Below, piece by piece: positions 1 to 20,582 of a stretch of 64,000 nucleotides of DNA; positions within the stretch are counted from its first letter, which is position 1; the number at the start of each line of letters is the position of its first letter. A model generated the notes under the pieces. The model saw only the letters and a program-made list of their open reading frames with translations, did no database searches and was not told where the DNA came from. This DNA is from the human T2T-CHM13v2.0 reference genome, Homo sapiens. The position numbers and the translations under genes were made by a program. The DNA is taken from assembly GCF_009914755.1 (NCBI RefSeq), contig NC_060926.1, one strand, 5' to 3'.

Positions 1-83
1 TCAGTTTCAATACAACTAAGCCAGTTTCAAAAGAGTGGGTTTATCTGTAACTGCTCAGTCACTTGTGAAATACACTCTCATAA

Positions 84-1128
<1,045 letters not shown>

Positions 1129-1799
1129 GCTTTCATTTATAGTTCCAAAATTCATTAGACTAGAAGAAATAGAATTGTTAATTTGTATTTTATGTTAACT
1201 TTTGCTTCATCTTACACATTAATTAATTGTCGTGGCTTAACATTTGCAACTCAAAAGTAAATGAGTTAATTCTTGCTTTTGAAAACTGAAATAAAATTTT
1301 GCTTTTTAAAAGGAAAATTATAAAATTAAATTTTGGCTTCCAACTTTGCAGCTATGTGCTTAGTCACAAAGTTCCTTTGCCTATGACCCTGAATTTGTTT
1401 CTCAGGTATCAGTATGTGTTAAAAACAAAGAAAAGGGCACTGCTACAGTTTAGTTGTCCCAACTCCTCCTCACCCCACAAAATGTTTAACATTTATGTTC
1501 AGATGAGAAAGAGCGATGGTAACTGGAAGTATATATAATAGACAAAATTGATTATTTTAAGAATGTGGCCTTATCAAAATACTGCTCACAGCAAGATTAC
1601 TATGAGTTTAACTCATGATGGAATTACATGACACTGTTTCTGCAAAATTTAAATTAGTAAGAGCAGAGAACTGCATTAGAATGGGCCAAATCCTAACCTC
1701 TCCCTCAACTGCATGTATATAAATGTGCAACATCTGCTTTGGCTGCCACATGAAGATTGAGATTGAGATTGGGACTCCACAGGCTTCCAGTGCTTCTGA

Positions 1800-2235
<436 letters not shown>

Positions 2236-2245
2236 GGGACCAGAC

Positions 2246-5751
<3,506 letters not shown>

Positions 5752-6889
5752 AGGATGAGGTTTTTTAATGTTCTTGGTATAGTACAACTTGATTCAGCTG
5801 GACCAAAAGTCCCCTGCCTTTAAATTCTGCCTTCTGGATATAAATGAGTGCATGTCTTTCTTCTATCCTGTGTTCTAAAGTTCTCTCTCTCTCACCCCCT
5901 CCCTTACCCTCACTTTCTCTCTCTCAGTGTAAGGTTAGAATTCAGTGTTTCTGAAAGTGCATAAAAATTGCTTTGGGATTCCTGTTACAATGCACATTCC
6001 TGCCCACACTCCAGAATTGGAGAGGGGAGCCATGCTGCTGTTTTGAGGTAGCCAAACAGAGGGAACTTTAGCTCCTCCTTCTCCTTTATTTTGGTGGTTT
6101 AACAATATTAGCTGCTAACTCAGCTGGTTTGGTCCTCCACCAAATTTGCTCTGAAGAGTTACTGTCAACTTTCACCTTGAACTCTTGAAGGAAAAAGGAT
6201 TGAGCCCATTGGTATTATTAATAGTGATAACAATTAAGAAGGGATTCTGGCATGTTTTCAGGACCAACAACAATAACTCTGGAATAATGTGGTGATATAA
6301 GATTACAGCATCATGACGTTTCCATGGTAATGCAGCTTTAAACCCTAGTGGTGTGATATTGCCTAGGGTAATTGAAGCAACAACTTTAACCTAGGGACGT
6401 ACTGTATGTATGTAATCCAATAACAGGATATATTTGAGTGAGGGAAAAACAGCTTATATATAGGCCATTCAAGTATGGCTTAGGTGACAGAAGAGTAGGG
6501 AAAATGTTGAAATTACTTAAGACTCTGTTGTTGCATATAAGACAAACACATGTAAGGAAGAATGTTTTCACTGACAGTAATTTTAAGTTATGTTTTCGAC
6601 ATGTGGGCCGCAAAAAGAAGATGATGATAGACATTCTTTTTTCTGGGTGTGAGAATATGTGTAAGAAGATATCTTAATAATGTCATTATGTATTTCTGTT
6701 GCTTTTATTATCTTGTCATCTTCAGTGCTGATTTTGTATATAGTGAACTAGAGTATTTACATTTTCTGAAACATCCTGATTTAGGACAGGCCAAGCTACC
6801 ATCCCTGAACATTGGTTTCAACTTATCAGAAATTTTGGTTCTGCTAAGGATTGCGTCCCAAAACATTAGCCCTAATTCATTAGCTTAAT

Positions 6890-7100
6890 ATGCCCAGGCC
6901 CTGTATAGGTACTTTGCGTGTATTATCTTAGTCATAGTGATAATCCACTAAAGTTGATATTATTGTCCAATTTTTCAGATAAGGAAATTTATCTTAAAAA
7001 GGTTAGATGACTTGCCCAAATCATACAGCTAAACAATGATGAAGCTATAATTAAAACAAGATCTGCTTAGCTCCAAAGCCTGGGCAGCTCATAACCATTC
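6890..7100 (-). mobile_element. MIR fragment
   Basis: MIR core-like TTTTCAGATAAGGAAA...GGTTAGATGACTTGCCCAAATCATACAGCT. Confidence 0.65.
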
Positions 7101-7897
7101 CTCTAGTGTCAGAGACTAAAAACTTCGGGCTCTATCCTCTATTTTGACCAAGGTCAACTGTATATAACACTTTTCTTTATTTGTAAAGATGACATCATTG
7201 ACCATGATTACTATCATTGTGTGTACTGAAGCAGCTAAGAACAGCATGTGACTTGTCACAGGGACAGTATATTTGCACAAGAATAAAAAGGCAGAGAATA
7301 AACAAGATTTACCAACAATCCTTGTTACCAAATGACCTTCATCCTATATTTCCTGTGTTGCAGGCACTTGGCAGGACTCAAATTACAAAATGCAAAGGAA
7401 CAAAATAAACACCAATATTGCACAATGCTCCTTGGCATACAAAAGAAGAGTAGACATTGAGAGTTGTAGTGAGCCTTGTTGCATAATGGCAATTAATGTT
7501 AAAATTACATTTTTCTGCTATCTTCTATACAGAGTTAGTAGCATCTTCCTAAATGGAAATCTGCTAAATAGTGATGATGCTGCCCTCTAATCTCTTTAGT
7601 ATTTGATGATCCCATCCAACTTTGACAGTTTAAAATGTCTCTTCTTTTTAATATTCCTACAGAACCTATAGACTAAGACACCTCATCTAGCCCTTGATTA
7701 GTTACTGTATTATATTACACAATACATAAGCTTGATCTGCCCTGACCAGAATGTAAGTCCCTTGTTTTGTACATATGAAACGTAAGCTTAACCAGCTCAC
7801 AAGATCCTTCAGGGCCAGAAACCATGTACAGCTTCCACATATTTTTATTTATTGATTGACTTTTTGCCTTTTAAATTTGATTTTTAAAATTTAAAAT

Positions 7898-8409
7898 TCA
7901 GAATGGCGTGGCAGAGATAAGAGAAGGAGCATCTGAATGCTGAGAAGAGTTTGGCTGGAGATGGTTGGAGAGGAGATCGGCTGCTGGACGGTCAAACTCC
8001 GGAAGATGATCATCTTCCCACTGCATCCCACCTCTACCCTCAATAAAACCTGCACAATCACTGTCCTCAATTCCCTGTGCAACTTGGTTCTTCCTGGACG
8101 CTGGACAAGGACCTAGGTACTGAGAGGACACTGAGCTGGTTAACACTTAAGCCCTCTGCAGATGGCAAAACTAAAAGATCACTGTAACACATGCCTACTT
8201 GGGCTTTGGGAGTCACAGGCACCCACCCCTAGACGCTACCATGGGGCCGGAGCCCCACAGCACTCACCCCAGCTCCTGCACCTGCCCATCTGTGTGCTTC
8301 CCCTCCTGTAAGTGGTTTGAGCATGCAGAGGGTGAACAAACAAGCCACACCCCTGTCACACATCCTGCAAGGTTGAGGGCGGGGGTGTCATGGAATTCTC
8401 CTGTTTTGT
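7898..8409 (+). mobile_element. ERV1 LTR fragment (LTR1/LTR27/LTR28/MER52 group)
   Basis: Recalled group motifs GGACACTGAGCTGGTTAACACTTAAGCC and CACCCCTGTCACACATCCTGCAAGG; internal AATAAA at about 8042; GC-richer than flanks. Confidence 0.6.
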
Positions 8410-9494
8410 GAAGACTGAATCTTGAGAATTATTACTATTCTGTTATTTGACAGATATGTCACAGAGTACAAAAGGCTGGGAAATCATGCTTCAAGGAGTC
8501 ATCACTCAATTTGAGAACAGTTACTATAGAGCTCTGGGAAGAAAAGTAGATTAATTGCTTTGCTTACTTCAAACATTCCTTTTTTGTTCTTTAAACTTGA
8601 GTTTCTTTACTTTATATCCACCTTAATTCCTTTCCCTACCCGAAGAAGGTGTGGCTTTTCAGATAAAGCCATGCCAATCAAAGGTTTTTAAATGTTGTGG
8701 GGTACTGGGATACTGGACAGGGCTAAGTTGCTAAACCGGGAAGGCCAGAAAAGGTGAGTGAAGTGGGTTAGACTAAGGAAGGGGAAGTTGCTTTCCTTAG
8801 TCACACCTGCAAATCACTCAGAATGTTGAACCATAATTGACTCTGCTAAAAGGGAAGGCCTAGTTGGTACTGTGCTGTCCTCTGCAGGTAGTCACCTGCC
8901 CAGGCAGGACAGCCTTAGCAGTCAGTCATTTCCTGGATGCCAAAGCGGGCAGAGGACACATCTCTGGATCCCAGGAATAGCAAAGCATTTTACATAATGA
9001 CTTACTTGGTCTCTGTTTCCCTCTCTCAAAAAAGTAAGATTCAATTTTTCCTTTCCAGGAAAGTTAGTAAAAGGAGAAAAGGAAAAGGAAAGTTAGTACT
9101 TACAAAATATTGGCATTTGGTTCTAATGTAGGCATTTATTTTAATGGAAACAGCTACCAAGTCCATGTGCCAAGGGGAACTAACTCACCACACTGGAGGG
9201 GAGGGGCAGAAGCGCTCCTCCATCCTGCTCACTCTGGAACCCTACTGTGTCCTAAACCTGGCTGTGGGCTGGGGTGAGAACAGTTTTGGATATGTGCTGC
9301 AGAGCCTAACAGCTTATACATCTATAATGCCAAGGACTATATTTACTAACCTCTAAGGTCCATAAAATCAAATTCGAAGCTCAGTGTAATGTTTTCTGTA
9401 GGCATTAAACAAATATTTGTTGAATTGAACTATCTAACAGATGAAGTTATATATTAGAATTAAATGATAGTATGTAAGGATACTTTTGCCTTAC

Positions 9495-9598
9495 CTGTCA
9501 TGTCTCAATACAGGTGTGGGCAACACGCTTGTCAGAAGCCATCCGAATTCAGCCAGAGTGTGCAGCAGAGGGCCATAATCTGTTTTGATTTCACATCC
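9495..9598 (-). CDS. RFTN2: RFTN2 internal coding exon (probably exon 7), 104 nt, GCEIKTDYGPLLHTLAEFGWLLTSVLPTPVLRHDS
   Basis: Translated by hand (absent from the ORF track). Acceptor tcatgcag, donor AG|gtaagg. Phase 0 start matches the preceding exon. Peptide is typical of the raftlin family. Confidence 0.93.
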
Positions 9599-9837
9599 CT
9601 GCATGAATAAGTATAAGAGCTCATAGTCTAATGGCAAAGACAACCAACTACACAATTACAACAAAGGGTGATGCGTGTTAGGATGAGGGGAGTTCACTTT
9701 CATCCGCTGCAGCCTTCCTGGGCTTCATGTTCTGCTCTGCTTCCTTCTGATAATTGAACCAAGTTAGAAACACTAGTAATGGAGAGAGGTTTCCATCCCG
9801 TTGTCTGAAGTTTGGGCCTTCCTTTGGTCTTGTTAGG

Positions 9838-10328
9838 GCAGTGGTTCTCGAAATTTAATACATGGGGTTGGGGAGCTGGGAATCTGCATTTTATTTATTT
9901 TATTTATTTTATTTTATTTTATTTTATTTTATTTTATTTTATTTTATTTTATTTATTTTATTTTATGAGAGGGTCTCATTCCTACATCCAGGCTAGGGTG
10001 CAGTGGCACAGTCATAACTCACTTTAACCTCAATCTCCTGGGCTCAAACTATTCTCCTGCCTCTGCCGCCTGAGTAACTGGGACTACAGGTGCATGACAC
10101 TATGCCTGGTTAATTTTAAAATTTTTTGTAGAGATGGGGTCTCACTATGTTGCCCAGGCTGGTCTTGAACTCCCGGGCTCAAGTTATCCTCCCATTTCAC
10201 CTTCCTAAAGTGCTGGGGTTACAGACGTGAGCCACTGTGTCAGGCAGAGGCTGCATTTTAACACGAGTTCCTTAGCGGATTTGGATCCAAGAAGTTTCTA
10301 GAACACATTTCAGAAACATGGGTCTAGG
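9838..10328. mobile_element. MER5-like hAT remnant split by an Alu
   Basis: CAGTGGTTCTC start, GGAATCTGCATTTTAACA core, GAAACATGGGTCTAG end. Confidence 0.55.
9889..10244 (-). mobile_element. Alu (AluJ-like) with (TTTTA)n tail
   Basis: Alu body 9966-10244; CTGCATTTTA on both flanks. Confidence 0.9.
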
Positions 10329-11137
10329 GACCAGGAAGTGAGGACAAGAGTGGAGAGTGACAATAGTGGTATTGAAGATGAGAGGCGCTTGGGTGTGGGG
10401 AGTCTTTTCACTGCTTTTTTCTTAATTTGGAATTGAGTTTTGCTAAGAGCTCTACCTCTTTCCTCAAATCCTTTTTCCCCACTCAATGGGTTTTCTAGTT
10501 TCTTTGAAAATGGGCTATGTCTCTTTAACCTGTGTAAGGTCAGAAAGGTAAAAGTATCCCTGAAACAGCCTGTCAGGGAGGGCCTCAAACACAAAACAGA
10601 ATATACCTGAATTCAGTGTGTACACCTCAAAGACAGTCCATTCAGTGACATCTGAATTCAGGGTGCACAACATCAGCAGCAATGTCATCTCTGTTTGTGA
10701 AGGACAATGCTGTGTGTACATATTTGGCCTGGCGAGAGAGAGAACATCTTTTGGATATTTTTGCCTTTGAAAGTCATTCATAAGGTTAAAAAAAACCTCA
10801 GTCACATTGGTTGATTGGAGATAAAACACTAGTTGAGTGACCAAATTTTTTTCTTTCAATCAGTTGTCACAGAATGCTGTAAAGAGAAGCTCAGTGCCAG
10901 GCGATGTTTTTTGGCTTAAAATTTTTGGGAACTTACTGCTGCTTATGCATAGTTAATTATTTCTCTATCTTGCAAAAACATTTAACACTGGATAAAGCAA
11001 ATTACCTTTTCACAAATCCGAAAGAAGTTTGTTCATGCATTTGTAATGAGATTCTAAACACTAAACAAATATGTGTTTAAGGATACTGCATGTGCCAGGC
11101 ACTGAAGATCTTTAACATGTAAAATAAAATATATATA

Positions 11138-11370
11138 GCCTGGGCAACATGGCGAGACCCTGTCTCTACAAAAAATACAAAAAAATTAGATGAGTATGGT
11201 GGTGCAGGCCTGTAGTCCCAGCTACCTGGGAGGCTGAGGTTGGAGAATCACCTGAGCCAGGGGAAGTTGAGGCTGCAGTGAGCTGTGATGGTGCCACTGC
11301 ACTCCAGCCTGGGTAACAGAGTAAGGCCCTGACTCAAAAAAACAAAAACAAAAACAAACAAACAAACAAA
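11138..11370 (+). mobile_element. 5'-truncated Alu (AluJ-like)
   Basis: Starts at AGCCTGGGCAACATGGCGAGACC; A-rich tail. Confidence 0.88.
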
Positions 11371-11454
11371 TGAAAAACCCAAACCAAACATATATATATA
11401 TTATATATTATATTTATATATGTAAAGCTAAATTGTCAGAAAACTGCAGCTCAC

Positions 11455-11576
11455 CTCAATAACAGTCCATTGTTCTACTACGATGGCATCATTTCCTTTC
11501 CTACTAGAACCTGGAACTCCAGAACCTTCTTCTTCATAGATAAAAAATCCTTCCAAAGATTTAGGCAAATGTTCCC
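11455..11576 (-). CDS. RFTN2: RFTN2 internal coding exon (probably exon 6), 122 nt, (G)EHLPKSLEGFFIYEEEGSGVPGSSRKGNDAIVVEQWTVIE
   Basis: Within ORF 11428-11685. Acceptor ccctcttcctcacag, donor GAG|gtgagc. Phase 1 to 0. Confidence 0.95.
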
Positions 11577-11701
11577 CTGTGAGGAAGAGGGTACAATTAA
11601 GAAGGGTTGTAAATACTAAGTGGCTCATAAAACCATCTAAATCCTTAAATAACTCATATAGGAAACTGAAGGAAAAACATTTCAATTAAAAAACATTTGT
11701 T

Positions 11702-13442
11702 GCCCCCTCCCCCTCCCCCTCTCCCTCTCCCTCTCCCTCTCCCCACGGTCTCCCTCTCCCTCTCTTTCCACGGTCTCCCTCTGATGCCCAGCCGAAGCTG
11801 GACGGTACTGCTGCCATCTCGGCTCACTGCAACCTCCCTGCCTGATTCTCCTGCCTCAGCTTGCCGAGTGCCTGCGATTGCAGGCGCGCGCCGCCACGCC
11901 TGACTGGTTTTCGTATTTTTTTGGTGGAGACGGGGATTCGCTGTGTTGGCCGGGCTGGTCTCCAGCTCCTAACCGCGAGTGATCCGCCAGCCTCGGCCTC
12001 CCGAGGTGCCGGGATTGCAGACGGAGTCTCGTTCACTCAGTGCTCAATGGTGCCCAGGCTGGAGTGCAGTGGCATGATCTCGGCTCGCTACAACCTCCAC
12101 CTCCCAGCAGCCTGCCTTGGCCTCCCAAAGTGCCGAGATTGCAGCCTCTGCCCGGCCGCCACCCCGTCTGGGAAGTGAGGAGCGTCTCCGCCTGGCCGCC
12201 CATCGTCTGGGATGTGAGGAGCCCCTCTGCCTGGCTGCCCAGTCTGGAAAGTGAGGAGTGTCTCTGCCCGGCCACCATCCCATCTAGGAAGTGAGGAGCG
12301 CCTCTTCCCGGCCGCCATCACATCTGGGAAGTGAGGAGCGTCTCTGCCCGGCCGCCCATCGTCTGAGATGTGGGGAGCACCTCTGCCCTGCCGCCCCGTC
12401 CGGGATGTGAGGAGCGTCTCTGCCCGGACGCCCCGTCTGAGAAGTGAGGAGACCTTCTGCCTGGCAACCGCCCCGTCTGAGAAGTGAGGAGCCCCTCCGC
12501 CCGGCAGCCGCCCCGTCTGAGAAGTGAGGAGCCCCTCCGCCCAGCAGCCACCCCGTCTGGGAAGTGAGGAGCGTCTCTGCCCGGCAGCCACCTCGTCCGG
12601 GAGGGAGGTGGGGGGGTCAGCCCCCCGCCCGGCCAGCCGCCCCATCCGGGAGGGAGGGAGGTGGGGGGGTCAGCCCCCTGCCCGGCCAGCCGCCCTGTCC
12701 GGGAGGTGAGGGGTGCCTCTGCCCGGCCGCCCCTACTGGGAAGTGAGGAGCCCCTCTGCCCGGCCAGCCGCCCCGTCCGGGAGGGAGGTGGGGGGGGTCA
12801 GCCCCCCGTCCGGGAGGTGAGGGGCGCCTCTGCCCGGCTGCGCCTACTGGGAAGTGAGGAGCCCCTCTGCCCGGCCACCACCCCGTCTGGGAGGTGTGCC
12901 CAGCGGCTCATTGAGAACGGGCCATGATGACAATGGCGGTTTTGTAGAATAGAAAGGGGGGAAAGGTGGGGAAAAGATTGAGAAATCGGATGGTTGCCGT
13001 GTCTGTGTAGAAAGAGGTAGACATGGGAGACTTTTCATTTTGTTCTGTACTAAGAGAAATTCTTCTGCCTTGGGATCCTGTTGATTGGTGACCTTACCCC
13101 CAACCCTGTGCTCTCTGAAACATGTGCTGTATCCACTCAGGGTTGAATGGATTAAGGGCGGTGCAAGATGTGCTTTGTTAAACAGATGCTTGAAGGCAGC
13201 ATGCTCCTTAAGAGTCATCACCACTCCCTAATCTCAAGTACCCAGGGACACAAACACTGCGGAAGGCCGCAGGGTCCTCTGCCTAGGAAAACCAGAGACC
13301 TTTGTTCACTTGTTTATCTGCTGACCTTCCCTCCACTATTGTCCTGTGACCCTGCCAAATCCCCCTCTGCGAGAAACACCCAAGAATGATCAATTAAAAA
13401 AAAAAAATAATAATAATAATAATAAAATAAAATAAAATTAAA
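11702..13442 (+). mobile_element. Full-length SVA retrotransposon (SVA_D-like)
   Basis: (CCCTCT)n head, antisense Alu-like region, GC-rich VNTR about 12150-12900, SINE-R and A-rich tail. 14-bp TSD AAAAAACATTTGTT at 11688-11701 and 13443-13456, at a TT/AAAA L1-endonuclease site. Confidence 0.97.
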
Positions 13443-14224
13443 AAAAAACATTTGTTTTGGCTGAATCAATAATCTCCTCCTCCTCTTGGAAAGTTTTTCT
13501 TTCTCCCCAAAGAGCAACACTTTTTTTTTTTTTTTTACTTCACTGAATTAAAATCCAACTATACATATAAAAACTACAATAGCAAAAACAAGGTAAAATA
13601 GTGTGGCACAGTGAGAAGCGAGTGGAAAATCAATCTAAAAGGCATCTGGATGTGATCTTCATTTTGAAATCAAAATTTGGTTTCGGATCTATACGTTGTA
13701 TGCATGTTAATTATAACCATTAAGAGAAACAGCATAAAACTGTTAATATTTGAAATTAAAGACATAATATTAAAATTAATGCTAGGTAAGATTACTTCAA
13801 AAGACCTAAACACAGAACAATTCTTTACCTCAATGATGGGTTAAAAAAAAAAATAAGAAAAACAGGGACAGGAAGACCCTAAACAGAAGTCATTGTCAAA
13901 AGAATTCCTGCTGGGAAGGAAGTTTTAAGGGAGGGCCTCTCTGACTTTTTCTTGAATAGTTGACAATAACCAGCTGGCCTACACAAACTGATTTTATGGA
14001 AGTTCTTTTGTCTCCTATTTTGCTATAGGAGACATTTTTCCCATGGTCATGTGCTGCTTAAACATTTCGGTTTTTGTGTAGCACAATGTCACATTAAAGT
14101 TTCCCTGGTTGACAGCTCTCTAAATTCTAAAGGCCTGCAAACTTTTCAAAGGATCTTTTAAGCTTAAAGATAAAAAAGACAAAAGTAATTTTAATGTAAT
14201 TTTCTGTTTTAATTTTCATTATCA

Positions 14225-14685
<461 letters not shown>

Positions 14686-15951
14686 CTAGTTCAAGCTGGT
14701 TTTCTAATTACAGTGTCTATTTCATTTCCTTTAAGTGTACTTATTTACTGTCACACTGAAGTGACCAGTGGAATCAAATTTGTTTCTGATTGAAAGTTTA
14801 GGGCATCACTAGATCATCTACAATTGTGCATGCCCCAAGTTCCCTTTTAGAGGTATGTGTTTTAAAATTAGTTGTATCCTGTGATAATTACATAGTTAAT
14901 TATAATCTCCTTCTTTCTTACTTTGGGATTATATAATGTGAAAACTCTGGGCTTTGTGGCTCCAGGTGTGTTTTCTTGCTCTCAATATTGGGAGGCACTA
15001 GCACAGTCCCACCTTGCTTTATTGTGCTTTGCTTTACTGTGTTTTGCAGATACCGGTTTTTTTTTTTTTTTTTTTCAAATTGAAGGTTTGTGGCAATCCT
15101 GCATTGAACAAGTCTATTAGTGCCATTTTTCCAAAGGTGTGTACTCACTTCATGTGTTGGTGTCACATTTTAGTAATTCTTGCAATATTTCAACCTTTTT
15201 CATTATTATTCTATCTGTTATGGTGGTCTGTGATCAATGATCTTTGATGTTACTATTGTAATTGTTTTGGGCCACCGGGAACCATGCCCATATAAAATGG
15301 TGAATTTAACTGATAAACGTTGTGGGGGTTCTGACTGCTCCACTGACTGGCCCTTCCCCCATCTCTCTCCCTCTTCTCGAGGCCCCCATTCCCTGAAATT
15401 AGGCCAATTAATAACCCCGAAATAGCCTCTAGGTGTTCAAGTGAAAAGAAGAGTCACAAGTTTCTCATTTTAAATCGAAAGCTGGGAATTATTATTAAGC
15501 TTAGTGAGGAAGACATGTCAAAGCTGAGACAGGCGGTAAACTAGGCCTCTTGTGTCAGTTAGCCAAATTGTGAATGTAAGGGAAAAGTTCTTGAAGGAAA
15601 ATAAAAGTGAATGAATGATAAGAAAGCAAAACAGACTTCTCGATGATGGAGACAGTTTTAGTGGTCTGGATAGAAGATCAAAGCAGCCACAAGCAGTCCC
15701 TTAAGCCAAAGCCTAATCCAGAGCAAGATCCTAACTCTCTTCCATTCTATGAAGGCTGAGAGAGGTGAGGAAGCTGTGGAAGAAAAGTTGGAAGCCAACA
15801 GAGGTTGGTTCATGAAGTTTAAGGAAAGAAGCTGTCTCCATAACATAAAATTGCAAGGTGAAGGAGCAAGTGCTAATGTAGAAGCTGCAGCAAGTTATCT
15901 AGAAGATCCAGCTAAGAGAATAGATAAAGGTGGCTGCACAAAACTACAGAT

Positions 15952-16263
15952 TTTTATTTATTATTTATTTATTTATTTTGAGACAAGGTCTCACTCTTTC
16001 ACTCAGGCTGGGGTGCGGTGGCATGATCTTGGCTCACTGCAACCTCTACCTCCCCAGGCTCAAGCAATTCTCCTGCCTCAGCCTTCCAAGTAGCTCAGAT
16101 TATAGGCACACACCACCAAACCCAGCTAATTTTTGTATTTTTAGTAGAGGCGGGGTTTCACCATTTTAGCCAGGCTGATCTCGAACTCCTGACCTCAAAT
16201 GATCCAACCTTCTCAGCCTCCCGAAGTGTTGGGATTACAGGCGTGAGCCACTGCGCCTGGCCT
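15952..16263 (-). mobile_element. Alu within Tigger1
   Basis: Reverse Alu; AGATTTT on both flanks. Confidence 0.9.
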
Positions 16264-17109
16264 AAAACTATAGATTTTCAGCGTCAGTAAAACAACCTTA
16301 CAGTGGAAGACGTCATCCAGGACTTTCATTGCTAGAGAGGAGAAGTCAATGCCTGGCTTCAAAGCTTCGTAGGACACGCTGACTCTCTTGTTAGGGACTA
16401 ATGCAGCTGGTGACTTTAAGTTGAAGCCAATGCTCATTTACTATTCCAAAAATCCTAGGGCCCTTAAGAATTATGCTAAATCTACTCTGCCTGTGATCTA
16501 GACATGGAAAACAAAGGCTGGATGACAGCACATCTGTTTATAGCAAGGGTTACTGAATATTTTAAGCCCACTATTCAGACCTACTGCTCAGAAAAAAAGA
16601 TGCCTTTCAAAATATTATGCTTATTGACAATGTACTTGGTCACCTAACAGCTCTGATGAAGATATACAAGAAGATTAATGTTTTCATGCCTGCTAACACA
16701 ACATCCATTCTGCAGCCCATGGATCAAGGAGCCATTTTGACTTTCAAGTCATATATTTAAGAAATACATTTTGTAAGGCTATAGCTGCCATAGATAGTGA
16801 TTCCTCTGATGGATCTGGGCAAAATAAATTAAAACCTTCTGGAAAGGATTCACTATTCTAGATGCCATTAAGAACATTTATGATTCATGGGAGGAGGCCA
16901 AAATATCAACATGAACAGGAGTTTGAAAGAGGTTGACTCCAATTTTCATGGATGACTTTGAGGGGCTCAAGACTTCAGTGGAGAAAGTAATTGCAGATGT
17001 AGTGAAAATAATGAGAAAGCCAGAATTAGAAGTGGAGCCTAAAAATGGAGACTAAATTGCTGCAATCTCGTAGTAAAACCTGAATGGATGAGTTGCTTCT
17101 TATGGATGA

Positions 17110-17755
<646 letters not shown>

Positions 17756-17971
17756 TAGAAAATGGTTTCTTAAAATGGAATCTACTCCTGGTGAAGATGC
17801 TGTGAACATTGTTGAAATGACAATGAAGGATTTAGAATATTAAATAAATTTAGGCGATAAAGCAATTGGAGGGTTTGAGAGGATTGACTCCCATTTTGAA
17901 AGAAGTTCTACTGTGGTTAAAATGCCGTCAAACAGCATCATATGCTAGAGAGAAATTTTGTGAAAGAAAGA

Positions 17972-18316
<345 letters not shown>

Positions 18317-18335
18317 TTAAGAAATTGCCACAGCT

Positions 18336-18618
18336 GGCCAGGCGCAGTAGCTCATGCTGTAATCCCAGCACTTTGGGAGGCTGAGGCAGGTGGATCACTT
18401 GAGTTCAGGAGTTCAAGACCAGCCTGGGCAACATAGTGAGATCCTGTCTCTAAAAAAATAGCCAGTGTGGTGGTGCACACCTTGGTCCCAGCTACCCAAG
18501 AGGCCAACGTGGGAAGATTGCTTGAACCTGGGAGGCGGAGGTTGCAGTGAGCTGAGATCACATCACTGTGCTCCAGCCTGGGTGACAGGGCGAGACTCTA
18601 TCCCCAAAGAGAAAAAAA
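18336..18618 (+). mobile_element. Alu (AluJ-like)
   Basis: Alu dimer; AGAAATTGC.ACAGC on both flanks. Confidence 0.88.
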
Positions 18619-18713
18619 TTAAATTAGAAATTGCTACAGCCACCCCCAACCTTCAGCAACCACCACCCTGATCAGTCAGCCACCATCAACACAGAGGCAA
18701 GACCCTCTACCAT

Positions 18714-18803
18714 CAGGCTGGTCTCAAACTCCAGGCCCCCAGGGATTCTCCCACCTTGGCCTCCCAAAGTACTGGGACTACAGGCATGAACCACTGTGCT
18801 GGC
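18714..18803 (-). mobile_element. Alu 5' fragment fused to Tigger1
   Basis: CAGGCTGGTCTCAAACTCC...CCTCCCAAAGTACTGGG with no tail. Confidence 0.8.
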
Positions 18804-19286
18804 CCATTCTTTTCAAATATATTCATCTTACATAAAAGCCACTCAATCTTAAAGTAATATTGACACTCCAGGAAGAGTTATATTCTGCAAACTTGTGAAC
18901 TTGTGTACTCCTTGGCACAAGGCTGAATATCCTGAGGGTACTTGAACCCTGGTTTGAAAAGCACATGTTTGAAGGGCTCCCAGGGAATGGTTTACTTTTC
19001 TGGACATGTCTTGTCTTTTAGCTGGATATGATATTGACATTCCTGTAAAGGTGCAGAGAGGTAACACTCCATTTTAGTTTTTTTGGTTCCCCTGTCATTT
19101 TTGGTATTCAACTGCCCAGAGGTGGGCCCGGGAGCATCTTTGAAGTAGAGGGCAGGCACATATGGTAACTCTAAAAAGAATCTTAGCCTATCCACTTCTT
19201 TCCATCTCCACCATCATCTCTCTAGGGAGCACTGCAACAGCCTCTTAACAGCCTCCCCACCACACTTCCACTCTTGCCCTCTGTGA

Positions 19287-19743
<457 letters not shown>

Positions 19744-19917
19744 TAGAAATTCTTTAAAAATTGCAAATGAGATTATGACTCCCTGTTTAAATCTTTAATG
19801 AATGAATTGGAATAAATATCTTGGTAAAAGCACACACTCCATCTAGGTGGCTCTACCACTTTCTAGTTGTGTGAATGCAGGCACCTTATGTAAAATCTCT
19901 GTGCTTCAGTTCCTTCA

Positions 19918-20582
<665 letters not shown>

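Noticed and set aside
11697-13389. Many overlapping GC-rich ORFs (up to 185 aa) and a spaced-repeat, CRISPR-like appearance
   Set aside because: These are readings of the SVA Alu-like region and VNTR; the units are tandem with no unique spacers, and the DNA is eukaryotic.
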